Virus record (IMG/VR): IMGVR_UViG_3300002092_001375
Coordinates: 3,451-67,450 of that record
Direction: 5' to 3' (one strand)
Length of the DNA: 64,000 nt
Origin: a virus
Shown: piece after piece, positions 1-9,199 of the stretch
Position numbering within the stretch: position 1 is the stretch's first letter
Layout of the letters: each line of letters starts with the position of its first letter
Position numbers and translations under genes: made by a program
Notes under the pieces: generated by a model
Told to the model about the DNA's origin: nothing
The model's database searches: none
Seen by the model: only the letters and a program-made list of their open reading frames with translations

Positions 1-882
1 AAGACAGACGATGGTACGCTTAACATTTATTATACAGGTGCATGGGTTGACTTAACTAAAGTCGGGCCTGCCGGAGCAACTGGTGCTGCTGGTACTAGCG
101 GAACAACTGGTCCAACTGGATCGACTGGTCCAACTGGTGCCAATGGTAGCAATGGCTCTACTGGTCCTACAGGTTGGACTGGTCCTGCTGGCACCGGAAC
201 TACAGGTCCAACTGGTGCTAACGGAAGTAATGGTGCTACAGGTCCAACTGGATCAAATGGAAGTAATGGATCAACTGGTCCTACAGGTTGGACTGGTCCT
301 GCGGGATCAGGGTCAACTGGCCCAACCGGAGCAGCAAGTACAGTTACTGGTCCTACTGGTCCACAAGGTATAACTGGTCCGACCGGCGCTAGTAGCGGTG
401 GTGGCGGTGCTAGTGTTACTGTATCACTAACAGCACCAACTGGACCAACTGGTGGTAACTTGTGGTATAAGAGCGACGAAGGTACTCTTAAGATATACTA
501 TCAAGATGTTGACAGCGTACAATGGGTCGATGTTATTGGTACTCCTGGTAAACCTGGTGTTACTCCTCCGAAGTACATCACGATATCGATGCCTGGTACA
601 CAGACAGCACCACAGATAGGAACTGTGAGATTCTATCCACCGATCGATTGTACGATAGGTACTATATTCGCTAGCACTAGCACAGCACCAGCAGGAACAG
701 CATTGACATTTAGGATTAATAAAAACGGAACAGACACAGGATATACATTGACTATTCCTATAGGATCCTATACTATGACAGGTGTGAGTACTAATATAAG
801 TGTAACTGCTAGCGACTATCTAACGTTGGATCTCGTAACAGGTGCGGCTGTAGATTTTAGAGTTCAACTACAATATACATGA
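1..882 (+). CDS. collagen-like virion fibre protein (5' partial; begins before window)
   Basis: Frame 1 is open from base 1 ([25 protein letters not shown]...) through GPTG repeats into the 460..882 ORF. It has the NLWYKSD..TL.IYY knob and a C-terminal beta-rich domain similar to 12148..14121. Confidence 0.85.
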   Translation, partial: KTDDGTLNIYYTGAWVDLTKVGPAGATGAAGTSGTTGPTGSTGPTGANGSNGSTGPTGWTGPAGTGTTGPTGANGSNGATGPTGSNGSNGSTGPTGWTGPAGSGSTGPTGAASTVTGPTGPQGITGPTGASSGGGGASVTVSLTAPTGPTGGNLWYKSDEGTLKIYYQDVDSVQWVDVIGTPGKPGVTPPKYITISMPGTQTAPQIGTVRFYPPIDCTIGTIFASTSTAPAGTALTFRINKNGTDTGYTLTIPIGSYTMTGVSTNISVTASDYLTLDLVTGAAVDFRVQLQYT

Positions 883-888
883 TAAGTA
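881..888 (+). promoter_or_regulatory. late-promoter-like motif GATAAGTA
   Basis: Variant of T4 late -10 TATAAATA, at a gene boundary upstream of GAGGA SD; recurs at many gene starts. Confidence 0.55.
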
Positions 889-907
889 AGTAGAGAGGAT
901 AATATAA

Positions 908-1234
908 ATGGATAAGGATTTCTTAAAAGAGGTATTCAGTCGTAACACTGGAAATGTATACCGTTGGCAAGGTACTGTACCTGATGGTCAAGATCCGATG
1001 CACTGGATAACTGGAAAACTAGTAACAGCGATCGGCGATAACACGTTCGATACCACTGTAGTTGATCTAGGAGATCGTGGCGGTTGGGTGATATACATCG
1101 ACTCTGCTATCGAATTAGACGATTCTGAATTTTCGTTTATATGTGATTTAATTCCACCTGAGTTCGAAGGACCGCAAGATCCGATCAATGGAGAGGATTC
1201 AACTCAGATCAATCCACCTATAGAGGGACAATAA
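908..1234 (+). CDS. hypothetical acidic protein (possible fibre chaperone)
   Basis: SD GAGGA upstream; TAATG overlap with next gene. Confidence 0.7.
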   Translation: MDKDFLKEVFSRNTGNVYRWQGTVPDGQDPMHWITGKLVTAIGDNTFDTTVVDLGDRGGWVIYIDSAIELDDSEFSFICDLIPPEFEGPQDPINGEDSTQINPPIEGQ

Positions 1235-2340
1235 TGATTATTAGATACAGGATGAACAGTACTTGTACGCTGGCAAACCTAAAAACTGACCTACATAATA
1301 TAATATCCGGAAATATAACAACTACTGCTGACTTTAGCGCAGGTTGTGATAAACCCAATAGTACAGTCTATGGAACTTATCCAACTGGAATATATACTGT
1401 AGCAAACGCAGGCACTTATACATATAGTAAAGTACACGGCGATTATGGTTCTGGTACTACACATTACTTCCGATTGAGTTTCGATAGTACGAAACTGACT
1501 GGAATAACACTAGCACAATCTTACACTAGCGGTAGTGATACACTAGTTAATAGTCAAAGCCTAAGCACAGAAGTAGTTACTAACTATAATTATAGTCAAG
1601 TACTCTTAGGATATATTAACGTTAATACCATATATAGGAGTTCTAGTAATATCGCTGTTGGTCAAAAGATAGAAATGGCCAGTAATACGCAGTTCGACTT
1701 ATTAAATACTCCTCCCGGAGTTAGGATAGTATCAAAACCCAACGCAGGGGCTACTGGTACAGGTACTACTGGTAGTTACTATCTAAACAAATATGTAACT
1801 GTAGCAGCAGGTGGGTATTATGACCACATAATAAAATCCGAAGTTACATCATTAAACATAAGCCCAACTACATATTCGGCAATCGATGCTCCATACGGTA
1901 TCGATATAGTTATAACAAATAAATGTTTCTTTATCAGTGCCCAAGCGGCAAATACACATCTAGGTATATTCGATATAGGTAAGAACGGTGTTACACGCGA
2001 ATGGACCAGCAGCATGTTGATGGCTGGCGTTGATCTTTCAGGCGGACTACAGAGCCTGGCTAAAATACCATATAGTTACAAGTATAGTACATTGAGTTAC
2101 GGTACTAACAACGATGTAGTATTATTAAGAAACAATCCAGTAAAACAATACAAAGCCAGCGGTAGCATCGCTATACTAGAAAATCCGATTTTCCTTCAGT
2201 ATCCTGATGCAGGCAATGCTATCGCCACTACATATGGATTATATGCTATAGCACCCAGTGCTTATGCGATGAATTCAGTATATACCGATGGCTCGACCTA
2301 TAGATTAGTAGTAAATGATTTCGCGATTTTAGGAGCATAA
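1234..2340 (+). CDS. putative virion structural protein
   Basis: 368 aa, Ser/Thr/Gly/Tyr-rich, within fibre operon. Confidence 0.7.
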   Translation: MIIRYRMNSTCTLANLKTDLHNIISGNITTTADFSAGCDKPNSTVYGTYPTGIYTVANAGTYTYSKVHGDYGSGTTHYFRLSFDSTKLTGITLAQSYTSGSDTLVNSQSLSTEVVTNYNYSQVLLGYINVNTIYRSSSNIAVGQKIEMASNTQFDLLNTPPGVRIVSKPNAGATGTGTTGSYYLNKYVTVAAGGYYDHIIKSEVTSLNISPTTYSAIDAPYGIDIVITNKCFFISAQAANTHLGIFDIGKNGVTREWTSSMLMAGVDLSGGLQSLAKIPYSYKYSTLSYGTNNDVVLLRNNPVKQYKASGSIAILENPIFLQYPDAGNAIATTYGLYAIAPSAYAMNSVYTDGSTYRLVVNDFAILGA

Positions 2341-2343
2341 AGA

Positions 2344-3621
2344 ATGTTAGTTAAGATAAATCCCAGTTTAGGAACAGGAAATAATTCAAGTTATCTCTGG
2401 GCATATAATTTCATGCGTTGTATAGATGCTATCGTTACCGCAGCAGCAGGTAGCACACCTTCAGTTAATCCTTTAACTGCTGCTAGCACATATGATAGTG
2501 GAACGAATCTAATAACCAGCGTGATATCAAACACAGAAGCAGGTGGTTGGACCCGTAGTAGTAGTTTTAATCTAGTTGATTCGAGTTATACTTCAAGCAA
2601 ATTCGATGACTATTCATATCGAGCAGATTATTATAATTCTAGCGGTAAGAGTGCTTATCCTTATAAAAAGTTTACTCTAAAACCACAAGCATATACTACC
2701 TGGACTAGTTATCCATATCTCGATTTTATCTATGGTATTCATACTGCTACCGATTATAGCGGAACTGCTGGATATGCTTATACTGGTCCAGATGCTGCTA
2801 AGACTAGTATGAATGTATGCGAAGGGGGGAACTATCCATACCCTGCTTGGGATCCGACCTTTCCGTTAGCATTTTATACGGCTAAAACTGGTACAGTTGG
2901 TACTGCTGCGGTTAATTATAACGAATATCTCGTAGCGGCAACCCAAGATTATCTCATCATACTAAATCCTTATAATAGCGTATTATATGCCGGGCTGAGG
3001 ACAACACAACAGTGGGAAAACAGTTATAGCAATAATCCACCAATAGTAACTTGGTGTGCTAACTCATCTATATTTTATAATGTGGGTTACCATAACAATA
3101 GTAAATTTATGTGGGCATTAACTATGGATGGAACTGGCACTGTTAGACCTACCCCTACTAAAGCATGGTATTATATGACCAGTGCTGATAATAATTATGT
3201 ACAATACGCAAGCCATACTGTATTACATGGGGCAGGTAATGTCGGAATACAAAATCTAAAACCAGTTGGAGACATCACTGGTGGTCCTCTTATGCGAAGT
3301 TGTGTGGCTTCATCCGGAGCACTTTCTACTCCGGGATATCGACAACCGCCTGTGGTTGATTCTACAGGTACGCTAGTTCCCCCCGCAGTACCGATCAATA
3401 TGATGTTAGCACATCAAAGCACAGTCAGTTCTAACACTTATTTTAATGCTGGTGGACAGTGTCTCGGAATATACAAGAGCCTAGGCGGCAGTGATGCTTT
3501 TATGAACAACTATTATACCAGTACTAGCCAAACATTCACAGTAGGGGGTGATAGTTATGTACCATATGTAGTTGGTACTGATACGCTTTATAGAGATATG
3601 TATCTAGTTAGAAAGGCGTGA
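2344..3621 (+). CDS. putative virion structural protein
   Basis: 425 aa, S/T/G/Y-rich, GGAG SD upstream. Confidence 0.7.
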   Translation: MLVKINPSLGTGNNSSYLWAYNFMRCIDAIVTAAAGSTPSVNPLTAASTYDSGTNLITSVISNTEAGGWTRSSSFNLVDSSYTSSKFDDYSYRADYYNSSGKSAYPYKKFTLKPQAYTTWTSYPYLDFIYGIHTATDYSGTAGYAYTGPDAAKTSMNVCEGGNYPYPAWDPTFPLAFYTAKTGTVGTAAVNYNEYLVAATQDYLIILNPYNSVLYAGLRTTQQWENSYSNNPPIVTWCANSSIFYNVGYHNNSKFMWALTMDGTGTVRPTPTKAWYYMTSADNNYVQYASHTVLHGAGNVGIQNLKPVGDITGGPLMRSCVASSGALSTPGYRQPPVVDSTGTLVPPAVPINMMLAHQSTVSSNTYFNAGGQCLGIYKSLGGSDAFMNNYYTSTSQTFTVGGDSYVPYVVGTDTLYRDMYLVRKA

Positions 3622-3622
3622 T

Positions 3623-3991
3623 ATGGCTACTACTCCTGTATCTGATGCCTATCTAACACCAACATCAACAAGTATATCAGTAGGCAGTAATCTTGCGGCA
3701 GACTCACAAGAAAGTACATTATCTACTATCAGTACTAACAATTATAGCATAGTTCAGACTACGCTATCTGCCGCTACGATAGGTACTATCGAAGTAGGCA
3801 CTAATCTAATAGCAGACTCACAGGAAAATACATCATCTACGATCAGTGTTGCTAATTCGTCACCAATACAGAATGTGTTGTCTACCCCAGTAATAGGTGC
3901 TATAGAAGTAAGTATTACACCAATCAGTTCTACACCAACGGTATCAGAACAGATCAATCTGTCTAAAGTACAGATATGGACAATAAGTTGA
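3623..3991 (+). CDS. Ser/Thr-rich protein with ~38-aa internal repeats
   Basis: VG(S/T)NL.ADSQE.T.STIS.N...IQ..LS...IG.IEV repeated about 2.5 times. Confidence 0.65.
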   Translation: MATTPVSDAYLTPTSTSISVGSNLAADSQESTLSTISTNNYSIVQTTLSAATIGTIEVGTNLIADSQENTSSTISVANSSPIQNVLSTPVIGAIEVSITPISSTPTVSEQINLSKVQIWTIS

Positions 3992-3999
3992 GGAATTAA

Positions 4000-4977
4000 A
4001 TGGCAGCGATTACTTTTACCAGTTCACCTTCGATAAATCAAACACGTACTAGCAATGGTATTACTTGGACTTGGACCGGTACCAAATGGCGATCCGGTGG
4101 TGCTAGCAGTTCGCCAGTCGCTAATGGTGCTGTAACTTATACGTTCGGAACCGATACAGTACATGCTTTTACTTCAAGTGGTACGCTTACACTCAATTCA
4201 ACTGTTACTGCTAGGATACTGGTAGTAGCAGGTGGTGGTGGTGGGGGTTATAAATATCGCTATGACTTATGGGGCGGTGGTGGCGCCGGCGCTGGCGGAT
4301 ATCTGTATTATACTAATATATCAATGACTGCTGGTACCTACACTATCACAGTAGGCGCTGGTGGTCAAAAAGGTATCTATTCGTCTCTTACACGGGGAGC
4401 AAACGGTGGCGACAGTAGTATAATCGGTGGTAGTATCAGTTATACTGCGGTCGGTGGCGGGGGTGGAAGCAGTGGTCCTAACAGCAGCGGTCCTACTAAT
4501 GTAATCGTCGGCTATAGTGGTGGTTCGGGCGGTGGGGGTTATACTCCTGGAACGGGAATCAGTGGGCAAGGAAATAGCGGAAGGGGAGGCGGTTATTCTT
4601 ATGCCGGAGGTGGTGCTTGGTCGTCGCCAAATTTACTCGGTGATGGTGGTGCTGGTATTATTAATGATATTGCTGGATTTCCCATGTCATTTAGTGGCGG
4701 CGGCGCATGTGGAGATGGTTCTAACGGCGGTTCATACGGATATCCTGTTTTAGGTGGTGGCGGTGGTGGCGGTTGGGGTAGTTTTAACGACTATAATAAC
4801 ACTTACACATTACCCGCCGGCACAACTGTAACAGATGTTGGCAAAAGTTGGAGTTATGGTGGCGGAGGTGCTGGAAACTCTCGGCTTCCATTAGGCGGGC
4901 CAGGAGGAAGTTGGACTCTTCCAGGCGACGGTTTCGCAGGTTTCCAAGGTATCGTAATCGTAAGATATGCTACTTAA
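4000..4977 (+). CDS. glycine-rich domain virion/adhesin protein
   Basis: N-terminal TWTWTGTKW module, HAFTSSGT, VAGGGGGG...GGGGAGG, ends GIVIVRY. Confidence 0.8.
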   Translation: MAAITFTSSPSINQTRTSNGITWTWTGTKWRSGGASSSPVANGAVTYTFGTDTVHAFTSSGTLTLNSTVTARILVVAGGGGGGYKYRYDLWGGGGAGAGGYLYYTNISMTAGTYTITVGAGGQKGIYSSLTRGANGGDSSIIGGSISYTAVGGGGGSSGPNSSGPTNVIVGYSGGSGGGGYTPGTGISGQGNSGRGGGYSYAGGGAWSSPNLLGDGGAGIINDIAGFPMSFSGGGACGDGSNGGSYGYPVLGGGGGGGWGSFNDYNNTYTLPAGTTVTDVGKSWSYGGGGAGNSRLPLGGPGGSWTLPGDGFAGFQGIVIVRYAT

Positions 4978-4982
4978 ATTCA

Positions 4983-4990
4983 GATAAATA
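4983..4990 (+). promoter_or_regulatory. late-promoter-like motif GATAAATA
   Basis: Intergenic, upstream of GAGGA SD of 5010 gene. Confidence 0.6.
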
Positions 4991-5009
4991 TCCATGAGGA
5001 TGATATCTG

Positions 5010-6221
5010 ATGGCGGCATTAAACTTTCCAGCGAGTCCAAGTCTCAACGATACCTACTCTAACGGTACACAGACTTGGATATGGAACGGCACTATGTGGA
5101 AGACTGGTGGACAGATTGGACCGACTGGGCCACAAGGTCCTGCGGGCAGTGCTGGAAATGATCTACCTAAAATAACAGCAGTGACTTATACTGACGCTAC
5201 CTATACAAGTAACGGTGCTAGTAATGTTCCAGCAACAGGTGGATACGTTAAACTAACCGGCAGTAATTTTCAAAGCGGCTGTATTGTAACTGCCGGAAGT
5301 GTCGCAGCGACAGCAACCTATGTTAGCAGCACACAGGTAAACGTAGCATTAGCAGCAAACAGTGCTGGAACATATCATCTATATCTTGTCAATCCTGATG
5401 GCGGAAGTACATTAAGAGTAAACGGAATAGTGTATGCTCCTCCAGGATCGGGCGGAACTATTACTAATAGTGGTAGTTATACAATTCACACATTTACTAC
5501 TAGTGGAACATTCACTCTTAATACTTCTAAATCCGTAGACTATCTAGTAGTTGCCGGCGGTGGTTCTGGTGGTGGTGGTCAGATCGGTGGTGGTGGTGGT
5601 GCTGGCGGTTATATCAATGCTAATTCTTATAGTTTATCAAGCAGTACGTACACTATAACAATAGGTGCCGGAGCATCGACAAATAGTTCAGGGTCAACCG
5701 GGTCATCTGGATCTGATACTACTATCAGTGAAATTAGTTTTACTGCCAAAGGTGGTGGTGGTGGTGGTAGTTGGAATGCCAATACTAGTGGCCAAAGCGG
5801 CGGATCTGGTGGTGGCGGTTCTCGTGGTAATACCGGGGGATCTAGTACACAAACTAGTCCATCTGGTGGAACAGGTTATGGAAATAGCGGCGGTACTGGC
5901 ACAGGTAATACTCCACCATATACAGCCGGTGGAGGTGGCGGTGCCGGAAATGTTGGTACTATTGGCACTTCATATGGTGCTGGCGGTTCAGGGTTAAACT
6001 GGCAAAGTTTAGGAACTTATTACGCCGGTGGAGGCGGTGGTGGTTCAGTATCTCTTATAGGTACTGGAGGTACCGGCGGTGGCGGGGCAGGCGGTGCACA
6101 ATATCAAAACGGAACTGCTGGTACAGCAAATACTGGTGGTGGCGGCGGCGGTGGTGGAGACATCAGTGGCACTGGTGGCGCAGGTGGCTCCGGTGTCGTC
6201 ATAATAAGGTACTTGACATGA
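5010..6221 (+). CDS. IPT/TIG-like plus glycine-rich domain virion protein
   Basis: MAALNFP...TWIWNGTMW module, short GPTGP collagen, NDLPKIT...LTGSNF...NPDGG Ig-like domain, Gly-rich domain ending GVVIIRY. Confidence 0.8.
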   Translation: MAALNFPASPSLNDTYSNGTQTWIWNGTMWKTGGQIGPTGPQGPAGSAGNDLPKITAVTYTDATYTSNGASNVPATGGYVKLTGSNFQSGCIVTAGSVAATATYVSSTQVNVALAANSAGTYHLYLVNPDGGSTLRVNGIVYAPPGSGGTITNSGSYTIHTFTTSGTFTLNTSKSVDYLVVAGGGSGGGGQIGGGGGAGGYINANSYSLSSSTYTITIGAGASTNSSGSTGSSGSDTTISEISFTAKGGGGGGSWNANTSGQSGGSGGGGSRGNTGGSSTQTSPSGGTGYGNSGGTGTGNTPPYTAGGGGGAGNVGTIGTSYGAGGSGLNWQSLGTYYAGGGGGGSVSLIGTGGTGGGGAGGAQYQNGTAGTANTGGGGGGGGDISGTGGAGGSGVVIIRYLT

Positions 6222-7486
6222 GTCTAACATTTCCCTCAAACCCAACCCTGGGTGATACTTATACAGCATCTAACAATACCTGGTATTGGGATGGTACTAA
6301 ATGGCGCACCTATGGTATACAAGGTGCTATAGGTCCTGCGGGTGCTACTGGAACTGCCGGAAATGACTTACCTAAGATAACAGGTGTAACTTATGCTGAT
6401 GCTACCTACACAAATAATAGCCAAACAAGTATAGCAGCAAGTACAGCGGGATATATCTATCTAACTGGAAGTAATTTCCAGAGTGGCTGTAGTGTTTACG
6501 TAAATGGCACACTTATGACTACTGCTTATGTCAACGGCACGAGAGTTAATGTTGCTATAACCGGTCTATCTGCTGCTTCTTATCATATCTATTTTTATAA
6601 TCCCGACGGTGGGACTACCGTAAAAGCGAATGGTCTTAGTATAGCAAATCCATTATCATTATCCGGGGGAACTGTAACTTATGATGGAAACTATACTGTA
6701 CGTACATTTAATTCAAGCGGCACACTAACCGTATCCGGCGGCAGTGTAACTGCTGATGTCTTAATAGTAGCAGGTGGTGGTGCAGGTGGATGGTGCTACG
6801 GGGCAGGTGGCGGCGGTGCCGGTGGATTGATTTATCTAACTGGTCAATCTATATCAGCAGGCACTTACACTGTTACAGTTGGTGCTGGTGGAACCAGTGC
6901 TAGTAATTATGCTCCATACGGTGGTGGCGGTAATAATACAAGCGGAAATAATAGCGATTTTAATTCCTATGGTCCTGCATACGGTGGCGGTCGCGGTGGA
7001 CGTTACACATACGATAACGGTGCGAGCGGTGGTTCCGGTGGAGGAGGCAGTGATTCGAATGGTCAGGCTGGTGTCAGTTATGGAGGCGGCAGCGTTAGTG
7101 GACAAGGACACAATGGTGGTCAGGCAACTATCGGCGGAATGGGAGGCGGTGGTGGCGGGGCTGCTACTGCCGGAACCAATAGTGCCAGCGTTTATAGTTC
7201 ATTTTGGGGATATAATATAGATACTCCAGGTGCAGGAGGAACCGGATCAGCATACAGCATTAGCGGTTCAAGTACCTATTATGCTGGAGGCGGTGGTGGT
7301 GGTCGATATTCAGGCGGTGGTGGTGGAAACGGCGGTGCCGGTGGTGGCGGTAAGGGCGGCGGTAATGACCTTGCTTATCCTGGTACTGCTAACACCGGTG
7401 GTGGTGGCGGTGGAAGCGATGCAGGTGGAACATTTGCTGGCGGCCGAGGCGGATCCGGAATAGTAATAATAAGATACTTAACATAA
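6218..7486 (+). CDS. IPT/TIG-like plus glycine-rich domain virion protein
   Basis: Paralog of 5010..6221 with the same domain order; ATGA overlap. Confidence 0.8.
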   Translation: MSLTFPSNPTLGDTYTASNNTWYWDGTKWRTYGIQGAIGPAGATGTAGNDLPKITGVTYADATYTNNSQTSIAASTAGYIYLTGSNFQSGCSVYVNGTLMTTAYVNGTRVNVAITGLSAASYHIYFYNPDGGTTVKANGLSIANPLSLSGGTVTYDGNYTVRTFNSSGTLTVSGGSVTADVLIVAGGGAGGWCYGAGGGGAGGLIYLTGQSISAGTYTVTVGAGGTSASNYAPYGGGGNNTSGNNSDFNSYGPAYGGGRGGRYTYDNGASGGSGGGGSDSNGQAGVSYGGGSVSGQGHNGGQATIGGMGGGGGGAATAGTNSASVYSSFWGYNIDTPGAGGTGSAYSISGSSTYYAGGGGGGRYSGGGGGNGGAGGGGKGGGNDLAYPGTANTGGGGGGSDAGGTFAGGRGGSGIVIIRYLT

Positions 7487-7497
7487 GGTGATATGAG

Positions 7498-7932
7498 ATG
7501 GGACAACCAAATTTTCCAACAGGACCAACAGCAAATGCTACTTATAGCGACGGTACAACACTGTGGACCTACGATGGTACTATATGGCGTAACAGTGGCG
7601 TATATGGACCAACTGGTCCACGTGGCACTAGTGCCAATTCCAGCAGTGGATTACCAAAGATAACTACTGTTACTGTTACTAATAGCAGTTATGCGTCTAC
7701 AGGTGCCACAACTGTGAGTACTAGTGGTGGATATATACAATTAACCGGAACAGGTTTCGCATCGGGATGCTCAGTAGTGATACAGAATACAGCAGCAACT
7801 ACAACAACTTATGTTAGTGCCACCACGGTAAACGTAGCAGTTCCTGCTATGAGTGCTGGTAGTTATTTCGTCTATCTAACAAATAGTGACAGTGGCGTTG
7901 CGATTAAACCAAACGGGATTACCTACGCATAA
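7498..7932 (+). CDS. IPT/TIG-like domain virion protein (no Gly-rich domain)
   Basis: NFPTGP...LWTYDGTIW module, GPTGP, LPKIT...LTGTGF domain. Confidence 0.75.
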   Translation: MGQPNFPTGPTANATYSDGTTLWTYDGTIWRNSGVYGPTGPRGTSANSSSGLPKITTVTVTNSSYASTGATTVSTSGGYIQLTGTGFASGCSVVIQNTAATTTTYVSATTVNVAVPAMSAGSYFVYLTNSDSGVAIKPNGITYA

Positions 7933-9191
7933 TGGCTATTACGTTTCCTCCAATATTAACAGTTACAGGTGGTACTAAGACTACTAGCGGATCCTATACC
8001 TATCACGCTTTTACTTCCAGTACGACTAATTTCGTAGTTACTGGCGGAACGATTATTGCTGATGTTTTAGTAGTAGCAGGTGGTGGCGGGGCTGGAGCAT
8101 CCGGAGCAGGTGGTGGCGGTGCTGGTGGATTGATTACTATCTCAAGTTATTCTATAGCAGTAGGAACATATTCTATAGTAGTCGGTGGCGGTGGTGCTGG
8201 TGGCGCTTATGGTGATGGGATAGGAACCGATAGTACTTTCGGCTCTATTCTAACTGCTAAAGGCGGCGGTTGTAGTGGAGCATATGTTTATAGTAGGCCA
8301 TCATCAGATGGTGGAAGTGGTGGCGGTGGTAATCGAAACAGCGGCGGACATACTGGAACACAGCCTAGCCAAAGCGGCGACAGTGGTACATACGGGTTCG
8401 GTAACAATGGGTATTTTACTATTGCCGACACATACGGCGGTGGAGGTGGAGGTGCCGGACATGCTGGATATGCTCCAGGCGGCGGTGTTGGCTATAATGG
8501 CGGCAATGGTGGAGAAGGTAAATTAGTATCTACTTTTGGCACCTGGGGTACGGATGCTAGTAACAGTACAAGCCCCGCTAGCGGAAAAGGTTACTTCGCA
8601 GGTGGCGGTGGAGGCGGTACACAATACCCCGGATACGGAGGTGATGGAGGTGTCGGTGGCGGAGGATTAGGCGGCGGGTATTATGTTACAAGAGCCGGGA
8701 TCAGCGGTACAGATAATACCGGAGGCGGTGGTGGTGGCGGCACAGCCGGATACGGTGGCGGTAATGGTGGTAGTGGTATAGTATTAGTACGTTACTTAAC
8801 AGCATCGCTAACTCCATCTTCGTACACTGACAGCAATAGTGTAACATGGACTTATAACGGTACTGCTTGGCAGAGACCTCGCGGTACACTGGGTCCAACC
8901 GGACCAAGTGGTCCAACCGGTAACGGTGTGAATGATGTTCCGAGGATAACAAGTAGACTTGGAAATGTCTCCAATACAAGCGGAGGTACTATAACACTAA
9001 CTGGTACTGATTTCGTATCAGGATGTGCTGTTTACATAGGATCAACAGCAGCGACTACTACTACAGTCAATAGTAGTACACAGGTAACAGCCGTCATACC
9101 ATCGGGCATAACAGCAGGAACTTATTTCATATACATTTACAACCCAGATGGTAGCAGTGGATTCTTACCAAATGGATTAACGATAACTTAA
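7932..9191 (+). CDS. glycine-rich plus IPT/TIG-like virion protein (rearranged domain order)
   Basis: Gly-rich domain precedes TWTYNGTAW, collagen linker and NDVPRIT IPT domain. Confidence 0.8.
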   Translation: MAITFPPILTVTGGTKTTSGSYTYHAFTSSTTNFVVTGGTIIADVLVVAGGGGAGASGAGGGGAGGLITISSYSIAVGTYSIVVGGGGAGGAYGDGIGTDSTFGSILTAKGGGCSGAYVYSRPSSDGGSGGGGNRNSGGHTGTQPSQSGDSGTYGFGNNGYFTIADTYGGGGGGAGHAGYAPGGGVGYNGGNGGEGKLVSTFGTWGTDASNSTSPASGKGYFAGGGGGGTQYPGYGGDGGVGGGGLGGGYYVTRAGISGTDNTGGGGGGGTAGYGGGNGGSGIVLVRYLTASLTPSSYTDSNSVTWTYNGTAWQRPRGTLGPTGPSGPTGNGVNDVPRITSRLGNVSNTSGGTITLTGTDFVSGCAVYIGSTAATTTTVNSSTQVTAVIPSGITAGTYFIYIYNPDGSSGFLPNGLTIT

Positions 9192-9199
9192 GGTTTATT